Counted from the stretch's first letter, positions 28,457 to 37,166 are shown. The stretch: DNA of 64,000 nucleotides from an uncultured Woeseiaceae bacterium (GCA_964568835.1 CAZMRZ010000003.1:35651-99650), one strand, 5' to 3'. The notes: generated by a model from the letters alone, not told the origin. Translations and numbers: made by a program.

Positions 28457-31275
28457 TCTCGCGTCCTGTCCTTACCGTGTTGATTGCGATATTTCTTGTC
28501 GTGGCGGTGACGCCGGCAAGTGCGGCGCGCGTGAAAGAAAAGGACACGATCAAGAGTCTTGAAAATAAAGAGATCGATATCCGAAGAGGAAATGTAATCC
28601 TCGGAAGTTCCGATCTCGCACGTGAGAATTACCGCGCGTTTCTTGATCTGGTTACCGACGATCCGGAGCTGCGAGCGGAGGCCATGCGCCGACTGGGCGA
28701 TCTCGAGCTTGAGGCTACTGAGGCCGAGCAACTAACAGAGAATCTCGATGCGCTGGATAGCGCGGGTTATAACAATGCAGTCGGTCTGTATCAGCAATTG
28801 CTGGAGGCTTATCCGGATTACCGCCGCAATGATACGGTGTTGTATCAGCTGGCTCGCGCCTATGAGATCGGCGGTCGCACTGACGAGGCGCTCGAAGTTC
28901 TTGAGCAGCTGGTAGGCAAGTACCCGGACACGTTGTTGATCGATGAAGTGCAGTTTCGTCGCGGTGAGATGTTGTTCTTGCGCAAGCGCTACAATGAGTC
29001 AGAAGCGGCCTATCAAGGCGTCGTCAGATATGGCGAGGAATCCCGATTCTACGAACAGTCGCTCTATAAACTGGGTTGGTCGCAATTCAAACTGGCCTGG
29101 CATGAAGATAGTCTGGTGCCGTTTTTCGAATTGCTCGATCGCAAAGTTGGCGATATCGAGATTGGGGAGGGCGAAGAACGCCTGCAGAGCCTGAAGCGTG
29201 CGGAACGTGAACTGGTTGAAGATACTTTCCGTGTATTGAGTATCAGTTTTTCCTACATGGAAGGTGCGACCGGCATCGATTCCTTCCTTGCGGGTCGTGG
29301 GAACCCTCATTACAGCTACATCATTTATAGCAATCTCGGCGATTTGTATCTCGAAAAGGAACGGTATCAGGACGCGGCCGTTACCTATGAGGCTTTCGTC
29401 AATCAAGATCCGTATCACGCCAAAGCACCGTTGTTGCAGGTCGAGGCAATTGAAGCCTACAAGCAAGGCGGATTTCCGAGTCTGGTATTGGAAGGCAAGA
29501 AGGACTTCGTCGAACGCTATGGTATGGACGGTGAGTTCTGGGTTCGAAATCCTCGCGAAAGCAATACCGAGGTTGCCGCGTATCTGAAGGCGAATCTGAC
29601 GGACCTCGCTCAGTACTACCATGCCGAGGCACAGAAGGATGGCGAGATCAGCGACTACCAGCAAGCGGCGAACTGGTATCGCAAATACCTTGCGTACTTT
29701 CCAGGCGAGGCGGATTCTGCCAATACAAACTTTCTGCTAGCGGAAATTCTTTTTGAGAGTCAGGATTTTCGAGCGGCCACTATTGAGTACGAACGTACCT
29801 CTTACGAATACCCGGCGCACGAAAGATCGGCCGAGGCTGGTTATGCGGCGATTCTCGCCTATCGTGAGCACGAGAAAGTCCTCGACGGCGGAACGCAAAA
29901 TCAGTGGCACGCGGACTATCTGGACAGCGGGCTGAAGTTCGCGGATACCTATCCGGAGCATCCCGAGTCTGGCGCCGTATTGACGACCGTGGCCGAAGAC
30001 CTGTTTCAACAAGATCAGTTTGATCTTGCGATTGCGGTCGGTGAGGCGGTTGTTGCCAAGCAACCTGCGGTGGACGGGAAACTCCTGAGAACGGCCTGGA
30101 CTGTAATTGCGCATTCGCACTTTGATCTCGAGAACTTTGCGGTCGCAGAAAATTCCTATTACAGCTTGCGAAGCTACACGCCAGCGGATGACCAGATGGC
30201 GGGTCAGGAGATCAAGGACCGCATCGCGTCGTCTATATACAAACAAGGCGAGCAGGCGCGCGACAGCGGCGATCTGGAAACTGCCGTTACACATTTCACA
30301 CGCCTCGGGCAGGTTGTCCCGGATTCAGGTATTCGAGCGACAGCGGAGTACGATGCCGCCGCCGCTCTGATCAATTTGCAGGCCTGGGACAGAGCATCCG
30401 GTGTATTGGAACGATTCAGATCGGACTATCCTGACAGTGAGTTCGCTGAGGACGTAACGCAGAAATTGGCGGTCACCTATCTTGAGGCAGGCCGATCCGG
30501 TGAAGCCGCGGCAGAGTTTGAACGAATTGCGGACACAGAGTCGAGCGGCGATGACGTGCGACGTGAGGCATTGTGGAAGGCGTCCGATCTATATAAAGAC
30601 TCGAGTTCACAAGCAGATGAACGACGTGTCCTGAACAACATTCTCGTCCGATATCCGAATCCATTATCAGAATCCATCGAGGCCCGATTCCGCTTGCTCG
30701 AAATCGCACGACAGACCGGCAACACTGCCGAAGTCAACGCACGCCTCGAGGAGATTATTCAGGTCGATGCGAGGGCGGGAGCACAACGCTCGGATCGCAC
30801 GCGGTTCCTGGCAGCCAAGGCGTCTCTTGAGTTGGCCGAACCTGTACGCAAGCGATTCGAAGTCGTCAAATTGTCGCAGCCGCTGGCGGACAGTCTGAGG
30901 TTAAAGAAGACATTGATGGAAGACGTCATCGCCGCATACACCGGGGCAGCCGATTACGGCGTTGCCGAAGTTACGACGGCCGCAACATTCCGTCTCGGCC
31001 AGGTTTACCAGCAGTTTAGTTCCGATCTGATGGCATCCGATCGGCCGGCCGAGCTGGACGCGGACGCAATGGAACAGTACGAAATTCTGCTCGAAGAACA
31101 GGCTTTCCCATTCGAAGAAAAGTCGATCGATTTGTATAAAGCAAATGCTGATCGGGCATCGAATGGTGTTTATGACGAGTGGGTACAGAAGAGTTTTGAG
31201 CAACTGGCATTGTTGATGCCGGCACGATATGCGAAAGAGGAGCGCAGCGAAGATGTTTTTACAGCGCTTTATTAA
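28453..31275 (+). CDS. Secreted large TPR-repeat protein (940 aa)
   Basis: The GTG start overlaps the upstream stop (GTGA). Signal peptide MISRPVLTVLIAIFLVVAVTPASA. TPR-like repeats run throughout (YQLARAYEIGGRTDEALEVLEQLVGKYP, YSNLGDLYLEKERYQDAAVTYEAFV and others). Confidence 0.8.
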   Translation: MISRPVLTVLIAIFLVVAVTPASAARVKEKDTIKSLENKEIDIRRGNVILGSSDLARENYRAFLDLVTDDPELRAEAMRRLGDLELEATEAEQLTENLDALDSAGYNNAVGLYQQLLEAYPDYRRNDTVLYQLARAYEIGGRTDEALEVLEQLVGKYPDTLLIDEVQFRRGEMLFLRKRYNESEAAYQGVVRYGEESRFYEQSLYKLGWSQFKLAWHEDSLVPFFELLDRKVGDIEIGEGEERLQSLKRAERELVEDTFRVLSISFSYMEGATGIDSFLAGRGNPHYSYIIYSNLGDLYLEKERYQDAAVTYEAFVNQDPYHAKAPLLQVEAIEAYKQGGFPSLVLEGKKDFVERYGMDGEFWVRNPRESNTEVAAYLKANLTDLAQYYHAEAQKDGEISDYQQAANWYRKYLAYFPGEADSANTNFLLAEILFESQDFRAATIEYERTSYEYPAHERSAEAGYAAILAYREHEKVLDGGTQNQWHADYLDSGLKFADTYPEHPESGAVLTTVAEDLFQQDQFDLAIAVGEAVVAKQPAVDGKLLRTAWTVIAHSHFDLENFAVAENSYYSLRSYTPADDQMAGQEIKDRIASSIYKQGEQARDSGDLETAVTHFTRLGQVVPDSGIRATAEYDAAAALINLQAWDRASGVLERFRSDYPDSEFAEDVTQKLAVTYLEAGRSGEAAAEFERIADTESSGDDVRREALWKASDLYKDSSSQADERRVLNNILVRYPNPLSESIEARFRLLEIARQTGNTAEVNARLEEIIQVDARAGAQRSDRTRFLAAKASLELAEPVRKRFEVVKLSQPLADSLRLKKTLMEDVIAAYTGAADYGVAEVTTAATFRLGQVYQQFSSDLMASDRPAELDADAMEQYEILLEEQAFPFEEKSIDLYKANADRASNGVYDEWVQKSFEQLALLMPARYAKEERSEDVFTALY

Positions 31276-31918
31276 TAGAGCAGCGGTTATTTCTCTGCTC
31301 ATAGCCGCACTGTTATTTGCGGGTTGTGGCGGATCTTCGCCGGTGCGGAGCTCGCCGGGGACGGAGCAATCCGGACGGGCGGATGCCCCACCATCTGGCG
31401 GCGAATCTGCTATGGCCATTCCGCCGGCTGTCCTGACGTTGTTTGAACAGGCAACCGCGTCAATGGCTGCAGGCGATTTCATCGATGCAGAGCTCAGATT
31501 CAAGGAGTTCTTGCTGCAATATCCGAGTTATCCGGGTGCACACGTGAACCTGGCGATCATTCACGCGAGCAGCGGAAATGACGCCGCCGCGAGGGCTTCT
31601 GTTGACGCCGCATTGGCGCTGGAGCCCAATCACGCCGCCGCACTGAACCAATTGGGCATGCTACTTCGCAGAAATGGCAATTTTTTGGAGGCAGAAGCCG
31701 CTTATTTGAAGGCCGTCACAGTTTCGCCCGAGTACGCCTTGGCACACTACAACCTAGGGGTTCTTAACGAACTGTACTTGCAGCGTCTGGATGTAGCGCT
31801 GCAGAACTTCGAAACCTACCAGTCACTTGTTGGCGAAGATAAACAGGTAGCGAAGTGGATCAAAGATCTGACGCGTCGCGTAGCGGCGAATCAGCGTACG
31901 GCAAACGTGGCGGACTGA
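31253..31918 (+). CDS. TPR-repeat lipoprotein
   Basis: ATG 31253 follows GAGGAG. Lipobox LLFAGC. TPR motifs AHVNLAIIHASSGNDAAARASVDAALALEPNHAAALNQLGMLLRRNGNFLEAEAAYLKAV. Confidence 0.8.
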   Translation: MFLQRFINRAAVISLLIAALLFAGCGGSSPVRSSPGTEQSGRADAPPSGGESAMAIPPAVLTLFEQATASMAAGDFIDAELRFKEFLLQYPSYPGAHVNLAIIHASSGNDAAARASVDAALALEPNHAAALNQLGMLLRRNGNFLEAEAAYLKAVTVSPEYALAHYNLGVLNELYLQRLDVALQNFETYQSLVGEDKQVAKWIKDLTRRVAANQRTANVAD

Positions 31919-32382
31919 TGGTCATGAGGATGATTGTTTATTCAAGCAAGCAGTTGCTCGGAACCGGAATCATGCTCGCCATGTTACTGGCAGCGTTTGC
32001 TGTTTTTGCACAGGAAGAGCTGGAAGATATTGGTCCGGCCGTGGATACCTCGGCGAATGAACCGGCTGGAGTTTCTGCAGCAGATGACGAGGACCTTGAG
32101 CCAGCGGTTGATACGTCCGCGAGCGTTACTGATATAACGCGTCGCACGACGGGAAGCCAGGTGATGGATTCAATTGAGTTGGGTCGCACCGAAATTACGG
32201 GCAACCAGGAGTTGCCGAAAGTTTTGTATATTGTGCCCTGGAAGAAATCGGACCCCGGGGACTTGATGGGACTGCCCGTCAATACGCTGCTCGATGAGGT
32301 GCTGGCACCGATCGACAGAGAAGAGTTTATCAGGCAGGTCGATTATCACGGTGACCTGTACGGAGAAGTTGAACAAGAGTAG
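31918..32382 (+). CDS. Small acidic membrane-anchored or secreted protein of unknown function
   Basis: The ATG overlaps the upstream stop (TGATG). Hydrophobic N-terminus GIMLAMLLAAFAVFA. Internal repeat ED(I/L)xPAVDTSA occurs twice. Conserved-looking ELPKVLYIVPWK segment. Confidence 0.65.
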   Translation: MVMRMIVYSSKQLLGTGIMLAMLLAAFAVFAQEELEDIGPAVDTSANEPAGVSAADDEDLEPAVDTSASVTDITRRTTGSQVMDSIELGRTEITGNQELPKVLYIVPWKKSDPGDLMGLPVNTLLDEVLAPIDREEFIRQVDYHGDLYGEVEQE

Positions 32383-32522
32383 GAGCGCGTCCCACGCGCG
32401 AATATGTACAAGCGTGTTTTCCCGTCAAGCGGGATCGAGATACGCGTAAATGAAAACTGTTTTTAGAGGTGCAGACGGAAGTCTGCAAGAGACGTTAATT
32501 CTGTTTTAAGAGGAGCAGACAA

Positions 32523-33167
32523 ATGAGCACCATAGTGCGTTTTTTCCAGGATGGCGGAGCATTCATGATCCCCATTCTGTTGGTTTTTGGTTTCGGCGTC
32601 GCGATTGCGATTGAGCGCTGGACCTACCTGACGGTGTCGGGTGCGAGCAATCGCACGTTGTGGAAGAAAATCGTGCCGTTTTTGAAGGCCGGTAACTTCC
32701 AGGAAGCCGCTCAGCACACCGCAAAATCCAAAGCAGCCATCGGATCCATCCTGACTTACGGCTTGTACCGCGTTAAGTCAGCTCGCCGTCGCGACGACAT
32801 TGAAAAAGCGATGGAAGAGAGCCTGATGGAAGTCGTGCCGCGTCTTGAGAAGCGCACGCACTACATTGCGACGCTAGCCAATATCGCGACATTACTGGGA
32901 CTGCTCGGAACGATCATTGGTTTGATCGCAGCGTTTACTGCGGTTGCCGAGGCAAACCCGGCGGACAAGGCGGATATGCTGTCAGCATCTATTTCAACTG
33001 CGATGAACACGACGGCGTTCGGTCTGATGGCCGCGATTCCGCTGCTGCTGATTCATGCGTTGCTGCAAACCAAGACGAATGCCTTGGTCGACAGCCTCGA
33101 GATGGCGAGCGTCAAGTTCTTGAACGCAGTTACCGAGCGTCAGCTTAAGTCGTCCGGAGGGGTATAA
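32523..33167 (+). CDS. MotA/TolQ/ExbB-family proton channel protein
   Basis: FFQDGGAFMIPILLVFGFGVAIAIERW N-terminus and the C-terminal pair of TM helices (LGLLGTIIGLI..., TTAFGLMAAIPLLL) are typical of ExbB/TolQ. Confidence 0.9.
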   Translation: MSTIVRFFQDGGAFMIPILLVFGFGVAIAIERWTYLTVSGASNRTLWKKIVPFLKAGNFQEAAQHTAKSKAAIGSILTYGLYRVKSARRRDDIEKAMEESLMEVVPRLEKRTHYIATLANIATLLGLLGTIIGLIAAFTAVAEANPADKADMLSASISTAMNTTAFGLMAAIPLLLIHALLQTKTNALVDSLEMASVKFLNAVTERQLKSSGGV

Positions 33168-33170
33168 ATC

Positions 33171-33698
33171 ATGATGCGTAGCCGCAGAGGCGGCCGACGT
33201 TATAACGACGATACGGCTGAACTCAACATCACGGCGTTCATGAACCTGATGGTTATTCTGGTTCCGTTCCTGCTCATTACCGCGGTGTTCTCGCGATTGG
33301 CAATTCTCGAATTGAATTTGCCAGGCTCCTCTTCTGAGCCCGTGGAACCGCAGGATCAGGTATTCCAGTTAGAGGTCATCGTTCGGTCTGACAAGATCGA
33401 AGTGGGTGATCGCAACCAGGGTTTGTTGGGTATCTACCCGAACACCGATGACGGCTACGATTTTGGTGCTGTTGGCGCAAAACTTGCGCAATTAAAAGTG
33501 CGTTATCCGGATAAGACGGAGGCGTCAATCCTGCTGGAGCAGGAAATTGCCTACGACACGTTAGTGCAGATTATGGATACCGTTCGGGTGTCCGTTGAGG
33601 TTGAATCCGGTGAAGACGATGAAAAGACGCTGGTTCGTTCGGATCTGTTCCCGGATATTTCGATCGGCGACGCGCCGGTCCTGGCGGGAGGTGCCTGA
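33171..33698 (+). CDS. ExbD/TolR-family protein, paralogue 1 (Asn at the conserved TM Asp position)
   Basis: AELNITAFMNLMVILVPFLL aligns to the ExbD/TolR motif E-I-N-V-T-P-(F/L)-(I/L)-D-V-(M/L)-L-V-L-L, but with N25 (AAC at 33243..33245) where Asp is expected. At 175 aa it is longer than typical ExbD. Confidence 0.85.
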   Translation: MMRSRRGGRRYNDDTAELNITAFMNLMVILVPFLLITAVFSRLAILELNLPGSSSEPVEPQDQVFQLEVIVRSDKIEVGDRNQGLLGIYPNTDDGYDFGAVGAKLAQLKVRYPDKTEASILLEQEIAYDTLVQIMDTVRVSVEVESGEDDEKTLVRSDLFPDISIGDAPVLAGGA

Positions 33699-34225
33699 TG
33701 GTTAAGTCCGGTCGCGCCAAACGCATGGAAAAGCACCACAAGCGCCACAAAGGCACCGGTGCCCTGAATCTCGTCTCATTGATGGATATCTTCACGATTC
33801 TTGTGTTCTTCCTGCTTGTCAATTCGTCGGACGTTCAAACGTTACCGAATGCGAAGGAACTGCAATTGCCGGAGTCGATTGCTGAAGAGAAAGCCAAAGA
33901 GACAGTGGTCATCCTGATCGGTCAGACCGACCTCATCGTGCAGGGCACGCCGGTTGCCAAGATCGCCGACATTTTAGCGACCAAAGGCAATGACATCCCT
34001 GAGCTACGTGAAGCACTGCTGTCACAAAATGACCGCGTACTTCGCCGCGAAGCTCAGGAAGATATCGCCGGTCGCGAGGTCACCATCATGGGCGACAAAG
34101 ACATTCCGTACCGCTTGTTGAAAAAGGTCATGGCGACCTGCACAGAGTCGGATTACGGGCGAATATCGCTGGCAGTGCTGCAAAAGAGTTCCGACGAACT
34201 CAGCAACATTCAGGCATCACGCTAG
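33698..34225 (+). CDS. ExbD/TolR-family protein, paralogue 2 (conserved TM Asp present)
   Basis: The ATG overlaps the upstream stop (TGATG). ALNLVSLMDIFTILVFFLL retains the conserved Asp (D30). Confidence 0.85.
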   Translation: MVKSGRAKRMEKHHKRHKGTGALNLVSLMDIFTILVFFLLVNSSDVQTLPNAKELQLPESIAEEKAKETVVILIGQTDLIVQGTPVAKIADILATKGNDIPELREALLSQNDRVLRREAQEDIAGREVTIMGDKDIPYRLLKKVMATCTESDYGRISLAVLQKSSDELSNIQASR

Positions 34226-34252
34226 GCGCAGGGACGACTGGGAGTCACGGAA

Positions 34253-35209
34253 TTGGATCTACCGTTTTACAGAGAATTTGACCTGCCCTGGACAACTGGC
34301 CGGAGCCAGGACAAAAAATTCCAGCGCTTGCTCGGGATCATATTCCTGATATGTGCGGTGCTCACTATTGTGTGGCCGTTCATTCCTGTCCCGGAGCCGG
34401 ATCCCTTCGATGTAGACGAGATTCCGCCGCGTATCGCCCAATTGCTATTGGAAGAAAAGCCACTGCCGCCGCCGCCGCCCGTGGTGGAGGAAGAACCTGA
34501 GCCAGAGCCGGATGATCCGGAACCTGAGCAGGTTGTGGAAGAAACGCCTGAGCCGGAACCTGAGCCTGAGCCGGAGCCGGAGCCTGAAATTGATCGAGAA
34601 GAGGTAGCTCGAGAACAAGCGCAAGCCGCTCTTATGCCGTTCGCTGAAGACCTGGCGGATCTCGTCGACAATAAACTATTGGACCAGGTTGCTGATGATC
34701 GCGACCTGACCGCATCGGTTGGCGAGGCTGAGCGAAATGAACGCTCCATGATTACATCGAAAGTCGGCACTGCGTCCGGTGGTATCAATACCGCGGCGAT
34801 GAGTCGCAACACCGGCGGATCGGGCATTGCCGGACGCAATACTACGCGCGTTGCCAGTCCTGTTGCCGGTATTGGCCAGCCGGGTGGCAGCGCAAGTCGC
34901 TCAGGATCCAGTGGCAAGGCTTCGCGTTCGCGTGAGGAAATTGAACTGGTCTTTGATAAGAATAAGGGCGCTATTTTCGCGCTCTACAATCGTGCGTTGC
35001 GCAGGGATCCGTCCCTCGAAGGTAAGCTGGTTCTAAAGCTTACGATCGATCCGAACGGTGTGGTGTCGTTCTGCGAAGTTGTATCCAGCGAGCTGGGTGA
35101 CGCAGAACTTGAGCGCAAGCTTGTCGCCCGCATCAAGATGTTCCGTTTTGAATCCAGAGATGTCGAAGCGATAACGACAACAAAACCGATCGATTTCTTC
35201 CCGGCTTAA
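34253..35209 (+). CDS. TonB-like energy-transducer protein (TM anchor, Pro-rich/(Pro-Glu)n linker, AgmX/PglI-type TonB C-terminal domain)
   Basis: TTG start after GGGAG. TM LLGIIFLICAVLTIVWPF, then PLPPPPPVVEEEPEPEPDDPEPE...PEPEPEPEPEPEPE. The C-terminal GAIFALYNRALRRDPSLEGKLVLKLTIDPNGVV...KPIDFFP resembles a TonB_C fold. Confidence 0.8.
   Translation: MDLPFYREFDLPWTTGRSQDKKFQRLLGIIFLICAVLTIVWPFIPVPEPDPFDVDEIPPRIAQLLLEEKPLPPPPPVVEEEPEPEPDDPEPEQVVEETPEPEPEPEPEPEPEIDREEVAREQAQAALMPFAEDLADLVDNKLLDQVADDRDLTASVGEAERNERSMITSKVGTASGGINTAAMSRNTGGSGIAGRNTTRVASPVAGIGQPGGSASRSGSSGKASRSREEIELVFDKNKGAIFALYNRALRRDPSLEGKLVLKLTIDPNGVVSFCEVVSSELGDAELERKLVARIKMFRFESRDVEAITTTKPIDFFPA
34547..34588 (+). repeat. 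Seven tandem CCN-GAR (Pro-Glu) hexanucleotide units inside the TonB-like gene
   Basis: cctgagccggaacctgagcctgagccggagccggagcctgaa encodes (PE)7. This is coding low-complexity sequence, not a CRISPR array. Confidence 0.9.
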
Positions 35210-35300
35210 TAGTCCGTATTGCTCCAAATCGGGGAGCTGTTCGAAAAGCAGAATGCCGGATAGCATTGTTGCAGCCTTAGTACAGCATTAGACTAGGGCT

Positions 35301-36404
35301 ATGAAAAACATAAGCAGAATAATCATCGCGACATTGGCGATCGTCAGTGGTAGCTCCGCTCTATACGCCGAAATATCGATCGAGCAACTGGTCGAACAAG
35401 CGCGCCTCGCTGAGAGCGATGTTGCCGTTAGCGAACTACCTCGCTGGAATGGCGCCCACAAAATCCTGATCTGGGACATCGGCATGGATCTCTCGAGCCT
35501 GGCTGATGGAACGCCTGGTGTGGAGTTTGTCTTGGCTGAATCAGCGAAGGAGGCCTTGCAACACGTGAGTGATGTCGACGCGATGATCGGTTTCTGTGCG
35601 CCCGAACTCATCGATGCAGCGAAGAACCTGGTTTGGGTACAGATCTATTGGGCAGGGGTCGAGCGCTGCTTGTCCGTCGAAGATCTTGCCGACGGCACCG
35701 TCGTTTTGTCGAACATGCAAAAGATGTCGTCACCGGTGATCGCAGAACATGCGATCGCAATGATGCTTTCACTCGCTCGCAACCTGCCGCAGTTCGTGAA
35801 CAGAATGGACAGTGGCGATTGGGCTGGCAGCAGAGGCAATGCAGATGGCATGAGGTCTATCGCGGGCAAAAAGCTCCTGGTTGCCGGCCTTGGCGGCATT
35901 GGCGCAGAGGTTGCGCGGCTGGGTGCAGCCCTCGGTATGAGTGTTTCCGGAACTCGAAACAGCTCCCGGAGCGGTCCTGACTATGTCGAATACGTGGGTT
36001 TGTCTCACGAATTGCTGGCATTGGCTGCCGAAGCCGATGTCGTCGTAAATGCGCTGCCATTAACGGATAGTACCCGCGGACTGATGGACGAAGAATTCTT
36101 TGCCGCGATTAAGCCGGGCGCTATCTTCGTCAACGTTGGCCGCGGAAAAACGGTCGTTACCGATGCTTTGGTTGCTGCTCTGGAGTCGGGGGCGGTGTCG
36201 GGCGCCGGTCTGGATGTGACTGATCCCGAACCGCTGCCGAGCGACAGCGCATTGTGGACCAGAGATGATGTGATCATCACACCGCACGTAGCCGGTACTG
36301 GCGGCGAACGTGAGCGGCACGTTGTTTTGTTGCGGGAGAATTTGCGGCGCTACATTGCGGGCGATCGGCTGCTAAATGTCGTCGATCCGAAGAAAGGCTA
36401 CTAG
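35301..36404 (+). CDS. D-isomer-specific 2-hydroxyacid dehydrogenase family protein (NAD-binding), with an apparent N-terminal signal peptide
   Basis: GKKLLVAGLGGIGAEVARLGAALGM Rossmann motif, NVGRGKTV, and a GAGLDVTDPEPLP...ITPHVAG catalytic region. N-terminus MKNISRIIIATLAIVSGSSALYA. Confidence 0.8.
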   Translation: MKNISRIIIATLAIVSGSSALYAEISIEQLVEQARLAESDVAVSELPRWNGAHKILIWDIGMDLSSLADGTPGVEFVLAESAKEALQHVSDVDAMIGFCAPELIDAAKNLVWVQIYWAGVERCLSVEDLADGTVVLSNMQKMSSPVIAEHAIAMMLSLARNLPQFVNRMDSGDWAGSRGNADGMRSIAGKKLLVAGLGGIGAEVARLGAALGMSVSGTRNSSRSGPDYVEYVGLSHELLALAAEADVVVNALPLTDSTRGLMDEEFFAAIKPGAIFVNVGRGKTVVTDALVAALESGAVSGAGLDVTDPEPLPSDSALWTRDDVIITPHVAGTGGERERHVVLLRENLRRYIAGDRLLNVVDPKKGY

Positions 36405-36413
36405 GCGTTCTCG

Positions 36414-37166
36414 ATGCGTATTGAACCTTCTGGCCGCAGAACGACTCTGGATGGCGCAACCCGTCGCCGCATCTATTTGTTCCGGCATGGTTCAGTCGAC
36501 TACATAGACAGTGATGGCAACGTTGTCGAGGATACCGACAGCGTCAAACTCAATGCTACAGGGCGAGCGCAAGCCGTCGCCATGTGTGACCTGTTTGCCG
36601 GCGTATTGATCGACAAAGCAGTTTGCTCGGGCTTGCCTAGAACGAGACAGACGGGCAAAGCAGTGTTGGGCTCGCGTGAAATTGATTTGGAGATTAATCC
36701 CGGTTTTGTCGAGATTCGTCAGCTCAGAGGTGAAACCTCAGAGCCCTACGATCTCGTCACCGACGTGGCCTTTTCTCACTTTCGCGCGACCGATGCAGAA
36801 GCGCAGTATCTCGGCGGAGAACGATACAGCGACTTCTATGCGCGCATCCAGTCCGCGGTCGAAGGCGTGCTGGCGGACGACTCCTGGCACAATCTTGCCG
36901 TGTTCGCGCACGGTGGGACCAATGCTGCAGTTCTCGGTTGGGTGACGGGACTGGGTTGTTCCGCGTTCGGAATTCTGGACCAGGCGACCTGCTGTTTGAA
37001 CGTCATCGATTTTGATATGGATGAGGACGGGCAGGTCCTGCGAAAAACAGTCCGGGCAATGAACGTCACCGCAGATGATCCCGCAAAAGGCGATCGACAT
37101 TCTGGTGACATGGAAACGATAGCGCACTGGTTGCTGCAGAAAAATGGCGAGATTGGAGCAGAATAA
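36414..37166 (+). CDS. Histidine phosphatase (phosphoglycerate mutase) family protein
   Basis: RIYLFRHGSVDY (RHG catalytic motif) and a later FAHGGTN His motif. Confidence 0.85.
   Translation: MRIEPSGRRTTLDGATRRRIYLFRHGSVDYIDSDGNVVEDTDSVKLNATGRAQAVAMCDLFAGVLIDKAVCSGLPRTRQTGKAVLGSREIDLEINPGFVEIRQLRGETSEPYDLVTDVAFSHFRATDAEAQYLGGERYSDFYARIQSAVEGVLADDSWHNLAVFAHGGTNAAVLGWVTGLGCSAFGILDQATCCLNVIDFDMDEDGQVLRKTVRAMNVTADDPAKGDRHSGDMETIAHWLLQKNGEIGAE

Noticed and set aside
34440-34600. A short-period tandem repeat that could superficially look like a repeat array.
   Set aside because: It has a 6-nt period and is in frame within a TonB-like linker encoding PEPEPE. There are no spacers and no cas genes, so it is not a CRISPR array or a non-coding satellite.
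34267-34917. A 216-aa minus-strand ORF with an SGSGSGSGSG run.
   Set aside because: It is the antisense reading of the (Pro-Glu)n / Pro-rich linker of the TonB-like gene and an artefact of the repeat.
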